Shown here: positions 27,771-37,250 of the stretch, in pieces
How positions within the stretch are numbered: the stretch's first letter is position 1
Layout: every line of letters begins with the position of its first letter
Sequence record: DRR723986_1729
DNA: 48,084 nucleotides
Direction: 5' to 3' (one strand)
The notes under the pieces: model-generated
Databases searched by the model: none
Seen by the model: only the letters and a program-made list of their open reading frames with translations
Told to the model about the DNA's origin: nothing
Translations under genes and position numbers: made by a program

Positions 27771-28688
27771 ATGACCAAACCGTTTCTCAGCATCGAACGC
27801 CTCACCCAGACCTTCCCGGATGGCAACGGCGGCACGCTCACCGTCTTCGAAGAGGCCACCTTCGGCATCCAGAAAGGCGAATTCGTCTGCATCCTCGGCC
27901 ATTCCGGCTGCGGCAAGTCGACGATCATGAACATCCTCGCCGGGCTGGCAGAGCCCACCTCCGGCGTGGTCAAGATGGACGGCTTCGCCGTCTCCGGCCC
28001 CTCGCTCGACCGGGGGGTGGTGTTCCAGAACTACTCGCTGCTGCCGTGGCTCTCTGCGCTCAGGAACGTCACCTTCGGCGTCAAGGCGCGCTACCCGCAA
28101 TGGTCCCGCGCCAAGGTCGAAGAGCACGCCCGCGCCTTCCTTGCCAAGGTCGGTCTGGAAGGCGACGTGGTCCACCGCAAGCCCTCGCAGCTTTCGGGGG
28201 GCATGCGGCAGCGCGTCTCCATCGCGCGGGCCTTCGCGAACCAGCCAAAGCTCCTGCTGCTGGACGAACCCTTCGGCGCGCTCGACGCCCTGACCCGGGG
28301 CACGATCCAGGAGGAACTGGTGAAGGTCTGGGCCGACACCGAACAGACGGTCTTCATGATCACCCACGACATCGACGAGGCGATCCTGCTGGCCGACCGC
28401 ATCCTTCTGATGACCAACGGCCCCTTCGCCCGCGTCGCGGAATCGGTCGAGATCACCATCCCCCGGCCCCGCGTCCGGACAGAGATCGTCGAGCATCCGA
28501 ACTACTACGCGATCCGCAACCATCTGGTGCATTTCCTCGGCCAGCGGTCGAAGGAACTGGCCGGGCGGCAGGCCGACGGCGTCGCGCAGTCCCCCGAGAC
28601 GGTCCGCATCGACCGAACCCGCACCCAGACCGCCAGCGCAGAGCCCGACCCGGACGCGGAACCGCGCCTGCGCGCCGTCAACGAGTGA
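27771..28688 (+). CDS. NrtD/CynD-like ABC ATP-binding protein
   Basis: GHSGCGKST, LSGGMRQR, LLDEPFGALDALTR, MMTNGP-like LMTNGP. Confidence 0.94.
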   Translation: MTKPFLSIERLTQTFPDGNGGTLTVFEEATFGIQKGEFVCILGHSGCGKSTIMNILAGLAEPTSGVVKMDGFAVSGPSLDRGVVFQNYSLLPWLSALRNVTFGVKARYPQWSRAKVEEHARAFLAKVGLEGDVVHRKPSQLSGGMRQRVSIARAFANQPKLLLLDEPFGALDALTRGTIQEELVKVWADTEQTVFMITHDIDEAILLADRILLMTNGPFARVAESVEITIPRPRVRTEIVEHPNYYAIRNHLVHFLGQRSKELAGRQADGVAQSPETVRIDRTRTQTASAEPDPDAEPRLRAVNE

Positions 28689-28700
28689 AAGGCCCAACCG

Positions 28701-29177
28701 ATGACCGTCGATCCCCCGCGCGCCCCCCTGCCCCCGTTTTCCCTCGAGGACGCGGTGCAGAAGGTGCGGATGGCCGAGAACGCATGGAACACCCGCGATC
28801 CCGACCGGGTCGCCATGGCCTACACGGCGGACACGCGCTGGCGCAACCGGTCGGAGTTCCTGACCGGCCGCGACGAGGTCCGCGCTTTCCTTGCGCGGAA
28901 ATGGGCCACGGAAAACGGCTATCGGCTGATCAAGGAACTCTGGGCCCATGAGGGCAACCGCATCGCCGTGCGCTTTTGCTACGAATGGCACGACGACGGC
29001 GGGCAGTGGTTCCGCGCCCATGGCAACGAGAACTGGGAGTTCGACGATCTGGGCTACATGGCCGCGCGCCATGCCTCGATCAACGATGTGCCCATCGCCG
29101 AAGGCGACCGCCTGTTTCGCTGGCCTCAGGGCCCGCGTCCCGAAGATCACCCCGGGCTGAGCGCGCTCGGGCTGTGA
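28701..29177 (+). CDS. DUF1348 / NTF2(SnoaL)-like protein
   Basis: [55 protein letters not shown]: the DUF1348 pattern. Confidence 0.88.
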   Translation: MTVDPPRAPLPPFSLEDAVQKVRMAENAWNTRDPDRVAMAYTADTRWRNRSEFLTGRDEVRAFLARKWATENGYRLIKELWAHEGNRIAVRFCYEWHDDGGQWFRAHGNENWEFDDLGYMAARHASINDVPIAEGDRLFRWPQGPRPEDHPGLSALGL

Positions 29178-29221
29178 CACCCCCCGAAACAAGGTTCCCA
29201 CGAGAGGAGGACAAGACCGCC

Positions 29222-29692
29222 ATGAAAGACACGATCGAGGTACCCACGATGATGACCAAGGAAGACGTGACGATGATGATCCTGTCGGCCAAGAAACAGG
29301 CCGGCATGACATGGGAGGAGATCGCCGAAAAGATCGACATGTCGCCGGTCTGGACGCACTCGGCCTGCATGGGCATGAACGGCTTCCCAAAGGCCAAGGC
29401 AGAGGCGCTGGTCTCCGTCATGGGTCTGCCGCAAGAGGCCGCCTCGGTGCTCGAAGAGCCGCCGACCAAGGTCTGGGAGCAAGCGGTGCCGACCGACCCC
29501 TGCATCTATCGCTTCTACGAGATCGTCGGCGTCTACGGCCCGACGCTGAAGGCGCTGATCGAAGAGAAGTTCGGCACCGGCATCATGTCCGCCATCGACT
29601 TCGAGATGTCCGTGTCCCGCGTGCCGAACGAAAAGGGCGACCGGGTCAAAGTCGAGATGTCGGGCAAATACCTTTCCTACAACGCGTGGTAG
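29222..29692 (+). CDS. cynS: Cyanase (cyanate lyase)
   Basis: PTDPCIYRFYE, EKFGTGIMSAIDF, GDRV, GKYL; GAGGAG RBS. Confidence 0.96.
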   Translation: MKDTIEVPTMMTKEDVTMMILSAKKQAGMTWEEIAEKIDMSPVWTHSACMGMNGFPKAKAEALVSVMGLPQEAASVLEEPPTKVWEQAVPTDPCIYRFYEIVGVYGPTLKALIEEKFGTGIMSAIDFEMSVSRVPNEKGDRVKVEMSGKYLSYNAW

Positions 29693-29945
29693 GCGCGCAG
29701 GCCTGACCCGACTTCAGGACCGCTCTCGCCGGTCTGCGAAGGGAGAACGGACGCTCGCGGCTTGGTCCGCGAGCGTCTTTTCCGCAGGATCGGACCGCCG
29801 AAGCCGACTGACAGGACCCCGCGTGGCGGCATGAGCCCTGCCCCCGGACCCCAAGGATGCGGTCGGCGACCAGCGGCCAGCCGCAGAGTTGCGCAGCAGC
29901 GCCCCGGAGCGGTGGCGCCCCCGCCAGCCTACCCGCAGCCTTCCC

Positions 29946-31136
29946 TCACTTCCCGCCCATCAGGCTGACCATGGCAAGGCTCAGGGCCCGGATCCCTGTG
30001 GGGATGCAGGCCTCGTCCAGATCGAAGTCGCTGCGGTGGAGCATGGTCGGGTGATCCTTCAGCTGCGACCCGATGCGCAGGTGCGCCGCCGGTTTCCGCG
30101 TCGAGAATTCCGCGAAATCCTCGCTGCCCATCGACCCCTGCGGCAGTTCGATCACGTTCTCGGCCCCGATGATCTGGCGGGTCGCGTCGAGGACCGGGTC
30201 GAGGATCTCGCGGTCGTTCACGACGGCCGGAACGCCGGTGCGGAAAACCGGGGTGATCTCGACACCGAACTGGGTGGCGACGCCGGCGCATTGCTCCTTG
30301 ATCGCCGCGCGGATCTGGTCGCGCACCGCGGGATCCTGACTGCGCGTGGTGCCTTCGAGCGTCACGGTATCGGGGATCTGGTTGCGCGCGGTTCCCCCCG
30401 CGATGCGCCCGATGGACAGGACCGCGGCAGAGAGCGGCGCGACCTGACGACTGACGATGGTCTGCAACCCGCCGACAAGGGCGGCGGCGGCGACGATCGG
30501 GTCCTTGGTCAGATGGGGGTGCGCACCGTGGCCGGACTTGCCGCGGACTTCGATGTCGAAGGGATCGGTGGAGGCAAAGGCCGTCTGCGGGTGCCAGCCG
30601 ATGGTGCCGCCGGGGATCAGCGGCCAGTTGTGATAGCCCAGGACGATGTCGGGATCGCAATGGTCGAACAGCCCGTCGTCCAGCATCGCACGGGCGCCGC
30701 CAAGGCCTTCTTCGGCCGGCTGGAAGATGAACATGGCCTTCCCGGGCAGCGCATCCAGCCGCGCCAGCACGCGCACCACGCCAAGCAGGATGGCGGTATG
30801 GGCATCGTGTCCGCAGGCATGCATCTTGCCGGGCGTCTTCGACACATAATCCGGCGTGCCGGTTTCATGGATCGGCAGCGCGTCGAAGTCCCCGCGCAGC
30901 GCGATGACGGGGCCGGTGCCGTCGCCCAGCGTGGCGCAGACGCCGGTCTTGCCGAAGCCGCCCGTCCACGAGACGCCGACCTTGTCGAGCTCTTCCTTGA
31001 TCATCGCCGAGGTCTTGACCTCTTCGAAGGCAAGCTCGGGGTTCTCATGCATCCAGCGGCGGATGCGGATCAGGTCCTCGGTGATTTCGGCGGTGATCGC
31101 GTCGATCTGCGAGACAAGGTTGGTGGCGTGCGACAT
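29946..31136 (-). CDS. M20D-family amidohydrolase (hippurate hydrolase/aminoacylase-like)
   Basis: HENPEL, RGDFDALP, MHACGHDAH, FQPAEEG, HGAHPH, GSEDF. Confidence 0.93.
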   Translation of the reverse strand: MSHATNLVSQIDAITAEITEDLIRIRRWMHENPELAFEEVKTSAMIKEELDKVGVSWTGGFGKTGVCATLGDGTGPVIALRGDFDALPIHETGTPDYVSKTPGKMHACGHDAHTAILLGVVRVLARLDALPGKAMFIFQPAEEGLGGARAMLDDGLFDHCDPDIVLGYHNWPLIPGGTIGWHPQTAFASTDPFDIEVRGKSGHGAHPHLTKDPIVAAAALVGGLQTIVSRQVAPLSAAVLSIGRIAGGTARNQIPDTVTLEGTTRSQDPAVRDQIRAAIKEQCAGVATQFGVEITPVFRTGVPAVVNDREILDPVLDATRQIIGAENVIELPQGSMGSEDFAEFSTRKPAAHLRIGSQLKDHPTMLHRSDFDLDEACIPTGIRALSLAMVSLMGGK

Positions 31137-31159
31137 GGGAGTCCTCGGTCGGTAAGGGA

Positions 31160-31190
31160 ACCTCCCCCCGGCCCGCGGCCAGGGGGAGGT
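31160..31190 (-). other. Intercistronic stem-loop after dctP
   Basis: ACCTCCCCC-CGGCC-CGC-GGCCA-GGGGGAGGT inverted repeat. Confidence 0.6.
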
Positions 31191-31216
31191 CCGATTTCGC
31201 GATGGGTGAGCGGGGC

Positions 31217-32167
31217 TCAGTTCTTGCCGATCTCGACGATCCGCTTGTAGACCTCTTCGCCCCAGATCTGGGTGCCCAGCTCGTCGCGCACCGATTGGGT
31301 GGCTTCGATGAAGGGCGCCTTGTCCGGATAGGTCACGGTGACGCCCGCGGCTTCCATCTCTGCGATGATCTCTTCCTGCGCCTTCGGCAGCAGCTCTTCG
31401 ATCACCTTGGTCGACGCCTCGTTGGCCCGCTGCATCAGCGCCTTGTCCTCATCGGACAGCCCCTGCCAGAAGCTTTCGGAGATGGTGACGTAGGCGGGTT
31501 TGACGATGTAGTCGATCATCGCCACGCCTTCCTGCACCTCGAAGAACTTCTGCGCGTAGATGGTCTCGATCGGGTTTTCCTGACCGTCGACGATGCCGGT
31601 CTGCAGGGCGGTGTAGACCTCGGCGAAGGCCATCGGCGTGGGGTTCGCGCCAAGCGCCGACAGCGACTTGACGTAATAGTCGCGCTCGGGCGCGCGCAGC
31701 TTCAGGCCCTTGAGGTCCTCGATCGAGTTGATGACCTTGCTGGCGCTGATCTGGCGCGGGCTGCGCGGCATGAACCCGAGGATGCGCACCCGGTGCTCAT
31801 CCACCAGACGCGCGTTCCATTCCGCGCCGAAGTCGGTCTCCAGAACCGCCTGATAGTCGGACATCTCGTCCATCAGGTAAGGCAGGGCGAGATACTCGAT
31901 CTCCTTCAGGCCCGGATCGCCCGAGGCGAGGATCTGCGTCGAGCCAAGCGCCATTTGCGAATAGACTTCCTTGGGCTTGCCAAGCTGGTCGCCGGGGAAA
32001 ATGGTCACGGTGTGGTCGGAGTTGGCCTCGACCATCTCCTTGAAGGTCTCGGCGCCGATATAGGGCGCCTCGCCCGGCTGCGCCCATGTGGCGTAGCGGA
32101 TTTCGTCGGCCTGCGCGGCGATGCCGGTGCTGGCCAGAAGGATGGCGGCGGTCGTGATGTTTTTCAT
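31217..32167 (-). CDS. dctP: TRAP substrate-binding protein DctP
   Basis: Signal peptide AQA-D; FPGDQLG, DLKGLKLR, AEVYTALQTGIVDGQENP. Confidence 0.93.
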   Translation of the reverse strand: MKNITTAAILLASTGIAAQADEIRYATWAQPGEAPYIGAETFKEMVEANSDHTVTIFPGDQLGKPKEVYSQMALGSTQILASGDPGLKEIEYLALPYLMDEMSDYQAVLETDFGAEWNARLVDEHRVRILGFMPRSPRQISASKVINSIEDLKGLKLRAPERDYYVKSLSALGANPTPMAFAEVYTALQTGIVDGQENPIETIYAQKFFEVQEGVAMIDYIVKPAYVTISESFWQGLSDEDKALMQRANEASTKVIEELLPKAQEEIIAEMEAAGVTVTYPDKAPFIEATQSVRDELGTQIWGEEVYKRIVEIGKN

Positions 32168-32171
32168 GATT

Positions 32172-33002
32172 TTACTTCCCTGTCTTTTTCATGGCCGGTG
32201 TGCGTGGATCGCTCTTGCGGAAATGGTCGATGAAATCGGTGCAATACGCCACGAGGTGTTCTGCAATCCGCTTTCCCTTGTCCGCAGAGGAGCGCGCGGG
32301 ATCGCCGGCCACGATCCCGTCGGGGCACCGGTCATCCACATTGACCGGCATTCCGATTTCGATGCCTTGGAATTTGACCCCGGCCAGACCCATCACGGGC
32401 AGACCCGCAAGCGCGCCCGGTTCCTCGGGCAGCTTGGCGCGGTCGGCGTGGGTCAACTGGGGGAAATAGTGCATGTAGGTCGAGGTGACCGGGTCTCCGC
32501 CATGCGAGAAGGCCTTCTTGCCGAACTCTCCGTGCATCTCGGTCCAAAGCGCATCGGGGATCGAACGCCAGAGGTTGATGCAGGGGACAAGCAGGCCGTG
32601 GCGCTTGCGCACGTCGCGGATCACCATGTCGATCAGCGGATAATTCCCGCTGTGGCCGTTGAGGATGACGATCCGGGTGAACCCGTGGTCGAGGAAGTTG
32701 TCGAGGATGTCCGACAGCGTCATGCGGAACGCCTCTGCCGACAGGGCGATGCCGCCCGGCACGGTGCGGAAGTATTCGGCATAGCCGAAGGGCAGCGTCG
32801 GGGCGGCGATCGCGCCAGAGGCGCGCGCGACCTCGGATGCGACCTCGCGGGTCAGCATGAAATCCCCCATGGGCACCATCGGGCCCTGGATTTCCTGCGA
32901 CCCCAGCGGGATCAGCACCACCGGCTTGTCCTCGGCCTGGCTCCAGGCGTCGAACTCCTCGAAGGTCATGTTTTCCAGAAGATGTTTGTGTTCAGCAGTC
33001 AT
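32172..33002 (-). CDS. Creatininase/MftE-family amidohydrolase, divergent active site
   Basis: VLIPLGSQE, PTLPFG, PGGIAL, ILNGHSGN, HGG...TS, GIVAGDP. Confidence 0.85.
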   Translation of the reverse strand: MTAEHKHLLENMTFEEFDAWSQAEDKPVVLIPLGSQEIQGPMVPMGDFMLTREVASEVARASGAIAAPTLPFGYAEYFRTVPGGIALSAEAFRMTLSDILDNFLDHGFTRIVILNGHSGNYPLIDMVIRDVRKRHGLLVPCINLWRSIPDALWTEMHGEFGKKAFSHGGDPVTSTYMHYFPQLTHADRAKLPEEPGALAGLPVMGLAGVKFQGIEIGMPVNVDDRCPDGIVAGDPARSSADKGKRIAEHLVAYCTDFIDHFRKSDPRTPAMKKTGK

Positions 33003-33018
33003 GAGGGCTCCGTTCGGC

Positions 33019-34296
33019 TCAGTCGCCGAAGACGAGGTTGGGAAGGAAGAGGCTGATCTGCGGGAAGCAGACCAGAAGGATGACGGCCGTCACCAAGGGG
33101 ATGTAGAAGGGCACCATGGCCCGCACCATTTGCAGATGGCTGATCTTGGCGATGTCCTGAGCGATGAAGAGCAGGACGCCGACGGGCGGGGTGGCGCCGC
33201 CGATGATCAGCACGAAGACCATCAGGACACCGAAGTGCACCGGGTCGATGCCGAACTGCAGGATCACCGGCACGAGGATCGGCGTCAGGACGATTTCCGC
33301 CGAGGACGCGACCATCAGCAGCCCCACGCCCAGCAGCATCAGCACGATCAGGAACAGCGCGATGAGCGGGTCGTCCGAGATCGACTCGATGGAGCTGGCG
33401 ATGGCCAGCGGCACGCCCTCGCGCACCATGATCCACGAAAAGGCAGAGGCCACGGCGATGATCGACAGGATCCGGGCCGTCCCCAGCGCGGTGGTGTTCA
33501 CCGCCCCCATGATGTCGCGGAAGCTGACGTTCTTGTAGATGAAGCCAAGGCAGAGCGCGTAGAAGACGGCGACGGCCGCGGCCTCGGTCGGCGAGAAGAT
33601 CCCCAGCAGGATGCCGCTGACGATGATGACCGGGAACATCAGCGCCGCCAGCCCTTGCTTCACGGCGACGCGGACCTCTGGAAAGGTGGCGCGCTCGTAG
33701 CGCGGCAGCTTGGCGAAGCGCGCGTAGAAGTAGGTGAAGACCATCTGCGTGGCGATGATGACCAGCCCCGGCACGATGCCCGCCAGCAGCAGCCGACCGA
33801 CCGACACGTTCGCCAAGGTGCCGTAGATCACCAGCGACACCGAGGGCGGCACCATCGGCCCGACCATCGAAGAGGCGACGGTCACGGCCGCCGAGAATGG
33901 CGCCGGGTAGCCTTCGCGCTTCATCGCCGGGATCAGCACGGAGCCAAGCGCGGTCGTGTCGGCGGTGGGCGAGCCGGACATGCCCGAGAAGATCAGCGAG
34001 GCGAAGATGTTCACCTGCGCCAGCCCGCCATGGACATGCCCGACGCAGACCTTGGCCAGATTGATGATCCGGTCGGTCAGCTTGCAGGCGTTCATCAACT
34101 CTCCGGCGAGGAAGAAGAACGGGATCGCCAGGATCAGGAACGAATCCACGGACGACGTCATGCGCTGGGTCAGAAGCGCGAGGTTGATGTCCGAGAGGTA
34201 GAAGTAGGTCATCGACGCAGTGCCGATCGCGAAGACCAGCGGCATGCCCGTGGCCAGCAGGATGAGCAGAAGCAGTATGATTCCGAGTGTGAGCAT
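33019..34296 (-). CDS. dctM: TRAP large permease DctM
   Basis: LAIPFFFLAGELM, FSGMSGS, MVPPS, IDPVHFG, TPPVG. Confidence 0.94.
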   Translation of the reverse strand: MLTLGIILLLLILLATGMPLVFAIGTASMTYFYLSDINLALLTQRMTSSVDSFLILAIPFFFLAGELMNACKLTDRIINLAKVCVGHVHGGLAQVNIFASLIFSGMSGSPTADTTALGSVLIPAMKREGYPAPFSAAVTVASSMVGPMVPPSVSLVIYGTLANVSVGRLLLAGIVPGLVIIATQMVFTYFYARFAKLPRYERATFPEVRVAVKQGLAALMFPVIIVSGILLGIFSPTEAAAVAVFYALCLGFIYKNVSFRDIMGAVNTTALGTARILSIIAVASAFSWIMVREGVPLAIASSIESISDDPLIALFLIVLMLLGVGLLMVASSAEIVLTPILVPVILQFGIDPVHFGVLMVFVLIIGGATPPVGVLLFIAQDIAKISHLQMVRAMVPFYIPLVTAVILLVCFPQISLFLPNLVFGD

Positions 34297-34306
34297 GAGG
34301 GTCGCC

Positions 34307-34813
34307 TTACATCGCGTCGTCTTGGACGGTGATTGGATCGATCCGGCTCAGGCCGGGGCGGCGGTAGACCATGCGGGCAAGGATGCCGAGCGCCATCAGC
34401 ACGCAGCCGACGGTCGCGGCGAGCCGGATGTGGCCGATCTTGAGGGGAAGCGCGGACATGTCCTGCATCATCTCGATCTTCACCAGAGTGATGGAGTGCC
34501 AGCCGAGCACCGCCAGAAAGGCGAGCGAGACGACCGCGTTGAAAATCCGCAGGGCGGCCCGCAGTCGCGGGGGGGCCGCCTTGAAGAAAACTTCGACGTT
34601 CAGGTGCCGCCCGTCGTAGCAGACGGCCGAGGCACCGATGAACGTGATCCAGACCACCATGAGCCGGACGAGTTCCTCGCTCCAGATCAGGGGGGAACTG
34701 AAGGCGTAGCGCATGACGATCTGCAGAAGCGTGATGCCGACCACGATGATGAGCATGGCCGAAACGATCCATCGCACCGGCAGGAATATGTCGCGAGGCT
34801 CTTTATGAGGCAT
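34307..34813 (-). CDS. dctQ: TRAP small permease DctQ
   Basis: QIVMRY, WSEELVR, WITFIGA, HLNVE. Confidence 0.9.
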   Translation of the reverse strand: MPHKEPRDIFLPVRWIVSAMLIIVVGITLLQIVMRYAFSSPLIWSEELVRLMVVWITFIGASAVCYDGRHLNVEVFFKAAPPRLRAALRIFNAVVSLAFLAVLGWHSITLVKIEMMQDMSALPLKIGHIRLAATVGCVLMALGILARMVYRRPGLSRIDPITVQDDAM

Positions 34814-34882
34814 TCTGGTTTCCCTGTTGCTTGACCCAGCCGAGCAGACTTGCCGAATCAAGTCCAACATATGAATAGTATC

Positions 34883-34907
34883 CATTAATCTCTTTTGGAG
34901 AATAATG
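34883..34907. promoter_or_regulatory. Putative LysR box
   Basis: CATTAATCTC-TTTTG-GAGAATAATG inverted repeat (one mismatch) with a T-N11-A core, just before the lysR start. Confidence 0.65.
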
Positions 34908-34909
34908 AG

Positions 34910-35815
34910 ATGAAAGGCATAGAAATCCGTCACTTGCGCTACTTCATGCGGGTCGCGCAGGAACTGCACTTTGGGCGGGCTGCTGAAATTTTAGGTATCA
35001 GCCAGGCGCCGCTCTCCCATCAGATCCGGCAATTGGAGGAACGGATCGGCGTGCGGCTGTTCGACAGGACCACCCGGACCGTCACCCTGACCCCTGCCGG
35101 TCAGGCGCTGTTCGAGAAATCCGGCGAGGCGCTGATGGGGTTCGAGACGGCGATCGACGAGACCCGAACCGTCGGCGGTCTGAATGCCGGCTATCTGCGG
35201 TTGGGCGTCATGTCTTCGGCCATCCACTCGATCCTGCCCGATACGCTCCGGCTTCTGGCCGCGCGGGCGCCCGACTTGCGGTTCGACATGTGCTTTCACA
35301 CCACCGAAGAACAATTGCCGCTGCTGGAAGAGCGCAAGATCGACGTCGCCTTCATCCGCCCGCCCCGCACCATGAGCGGGCTGGAAACCCTCGAAGTCCA
35401 TCGCGAGGGGTTTGCCGTGGTCCTGCCAGCCGGGTCGCCCCTGGCCCGGCGCAAGACCCTGCGCGTGGGCGACCTCAGGGGCGAAAACTTCATCGGGTTC
35501 AGCGACATCCGGGGAATCGGCTATCAGGACATCGTGTTTCAGCATTGCCGTCTGGCCGGCTTCACCCCGCACATCACGCAGCGCGTCGGTCATACGATGG
35601 CCGTCGCGGTCCTCGTGGCCGCGGGGCTCGGCGTCGGCATCGTCCCGCGCTGGGTGGAACATGAACCGATCGAAGGTCTGGTCATCCGTCCGCTCGAAGA
35701 GTTGCCCGAAGCGATCGCGCTTGTCGCGGCATGGCGCACCGACAGCTTGAACCCCTTCGTCGATCTCTTCGTGCAATGCCTCAAGGAACAGCGCCCGCCG
35801 AACGGCGCCAAATAG
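34910..35815 (+). CDS. LysR-family transcriptional regulator
   Basis: IRHLRYFMRVAQELHFGRAAEILGISQAPLSHQIRQLE...LFDRTTRTVTLTPAG. Confidence 0.95.
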   Translation: MKGIEIRHLRYFMRVAQELHFGRAAEILGISQAPLSHQIRQLEERIGVRLFDRTTRTVTLTPAGQALFEKSGEALMGFETAIDETRTVGGLNAGYLRLGVMSSAIHSILPDTLRLLAARAPDLRFDMCFHTTEEQLPLLEERKIDVAFIRPPRTMSGLETLEVHREGFAVVLPAGSPLARRKTLRVGDLRGENFIGFSDIRGIGYQDIVFQHCRLAGFTPHITQRVGHTMAVAVLVAAGLGVGIVPRWVEHEPIEGLVIRPLEELPEAIALVAAWRTDSLNPFVDLFVQCLKEQRPPNGAK

Positions 35816-36164
35816 CCCCCGGCCTTCCTGCACAGCTAGACCGCGATCCCAAGCGCACCGCGGGCCTTTTCCGGACGGCCCCTGACCCACCGCGCGAGGG
35901 CGCGCGCCGCGCCATCTGCGCCCCCTCCCCTGCCCTGCCCCGATACCCGGCGGAAAGCGCACATCGGTCCTGTCGCGCACCATCCCAAGGTGCCCCGCCC
36001 GACCTCGGCCCGTACAGCGCCGCCCTCCCCGCCTGTATACGAAGCGGCAGCCGCCCCCGTTGCGACGAGGCCGACCGCCCACCACCGCCAAGGACGATCC
36101 CGTGAAACGGCCCGCTACCCCGGCCCCTGGCGCGCCGCCATGGACGCGCACCGGTAAGGCGCCG

Positions 36165-37250
36165 TCACTTCTCCAGCGCGGCGTAGAAGGCCGCGATCGC
36201 CTCTTGCAGCCGCGCCCGCTCGATGGTCGAAAAGTCGCGGTCGTCCTGCAACTCCAGCCGCCCCTGAGAGGCGCTGCATCGCGCGACACCCGCCCCGGTG
36301 CTGACCTGAAACGTGGTCTTCGCCTTGCGCACGCGGGTCTCTTTCCGCTCGGTCTTACCCGTGGGTAAGGTCCCGGCCCCGCCTCCGGCGAAGGCGCGCA
36401 GGATCTCGACCTCGCGCGCGGCGTCCCGGTCCGGTTCAGTGCGCAGGGCCGTCGCGACCCGCGCCACCAGCGTCTCGTCCTTCTCCATCTGGCGCTTCAG
36501 GTCGACCCCCAGATTGCGCGGGATCGCCTGCGGGAAGGCCAGCACCTTGTCCAGCCGCATCAGGAGGTCGGCAAAGGCGCGGATGTAGCTGCGCTTCGTG
36601 TAGGTCGCGGATTTGAACAGCACCGCCACGGCGTCCGCGACCTCGGGGCAGTCGTTCACCGGGTCGGCCGCGTAGGATCGGGCCAGCGCGGCCATCTCGG
36701 CGAAAGAGATGTCCTTGCGCACGAGGTTCTCGTCCACCATCCGGCGATAGCTGGTTTCCAGCCTGCCGCCCGACGGCGCGATGCCCGCCGGGATGGTGGC
36801 GAAATCCGCCTCCCCGGTTTCCTCGTGAAGCGCCCGGAAGGCCATGAGCCGCCGCATGCCCTGGATCAGCTCGAACTTGCCGTCGGGCCGCGCCTCGACC
36901 CGGATCGGGTTCGACAGGCCGACCTCGCGGATCGAAAGCTTCAGCTCTTCCAGATCCTCGTCGGCGCCGGGCTTGCGGTCGCGCAGAAGCATGTCGGTGA
37001 CGACGGCCTCCAGCGGCACGCGGTCGGTCACCAGCCCCTCGCGCTTCAGCCGGACGAATTCCTGCGCAAGGCGGTCGTTCTCGGCGCGGATGCCGTCTTC
37101 GGTCGATTTGCGCGCGCGCAGCGCGTCGGCGTTTTCCGAGACCGCCGAGGCCATGGGCCCGCGCCTCAGCGCGCGGTCGGGAACCTTGCCCACCTCCATC
37201 TCGCCCATCTCGGGGATGTCGATATCGAACATGCGGCGCTTCTTGCTCAT
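36165..37250 (-). CDS. parB: Plasmid partition protein ParB/RepB
   Basis: ELKLSIREVGLSNPIRV, LIQGMRR (GxRR CTPase motif), DENLVRKDIS. Confidence 0.92.
   Translation of the reverse strand: MSKKRRMFDIDIPEMGEMEVGKVPDRALRRGPMASAVSENADALRARKSTEDGIRAENDRLAQEFVRLKREGLVTDRVPLEAVVTDMLLRDRKPGADEDLEELKLSIREVGLSNPIRVEARPDGKFELIQGMRRLMAFRALHEETGEADFATIPAGIAPSGGRLETSYRRMVDENLVRKDISFAEMAALARSYAADPVNDCPEVADAVAVLFKSATYTKRSYIRAFADLLMRLDKVLAFPQAIPRNLGVDLKRQMEKDETLVARVATALRTEPDRDAAREVEILRAFAGGGAGTLPTGKTERKETRVRKAKTTFQVSTGAGVARCSASQGRLELQDDRDFSTIERARLQEAIAAFYAALEK
36354..36369. repeat. parS-like palindrome inside parB
   Basis: CTTACCC-GT-GGGTAAG. Confidence 0.8.

Noticed and set aside
25593-28688. 1031-aa ORF ending in an ABC ATPase
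   Set aside because: The first 726 codons are an off-frame read of cynA/cynB with Arg/Pro-rich nonsense; the real gene starts at 27771.
25531-28688. Nitrate or bicarbonate transporter (nrtABC/cmp) assignment
   Set aside because: No nitrate or nitrite reductase or carbon-fixation genes nearby; linkage to cynS favours cyanate, though nitrite transport cannot be excluded.
35816-36164. 349-bp C-rich gap as a possible ncRNA or extra parS (GGTAAG near 36153)
   Set aside because: Only a half-site; no convincing stem, promoter or coding signal seen.
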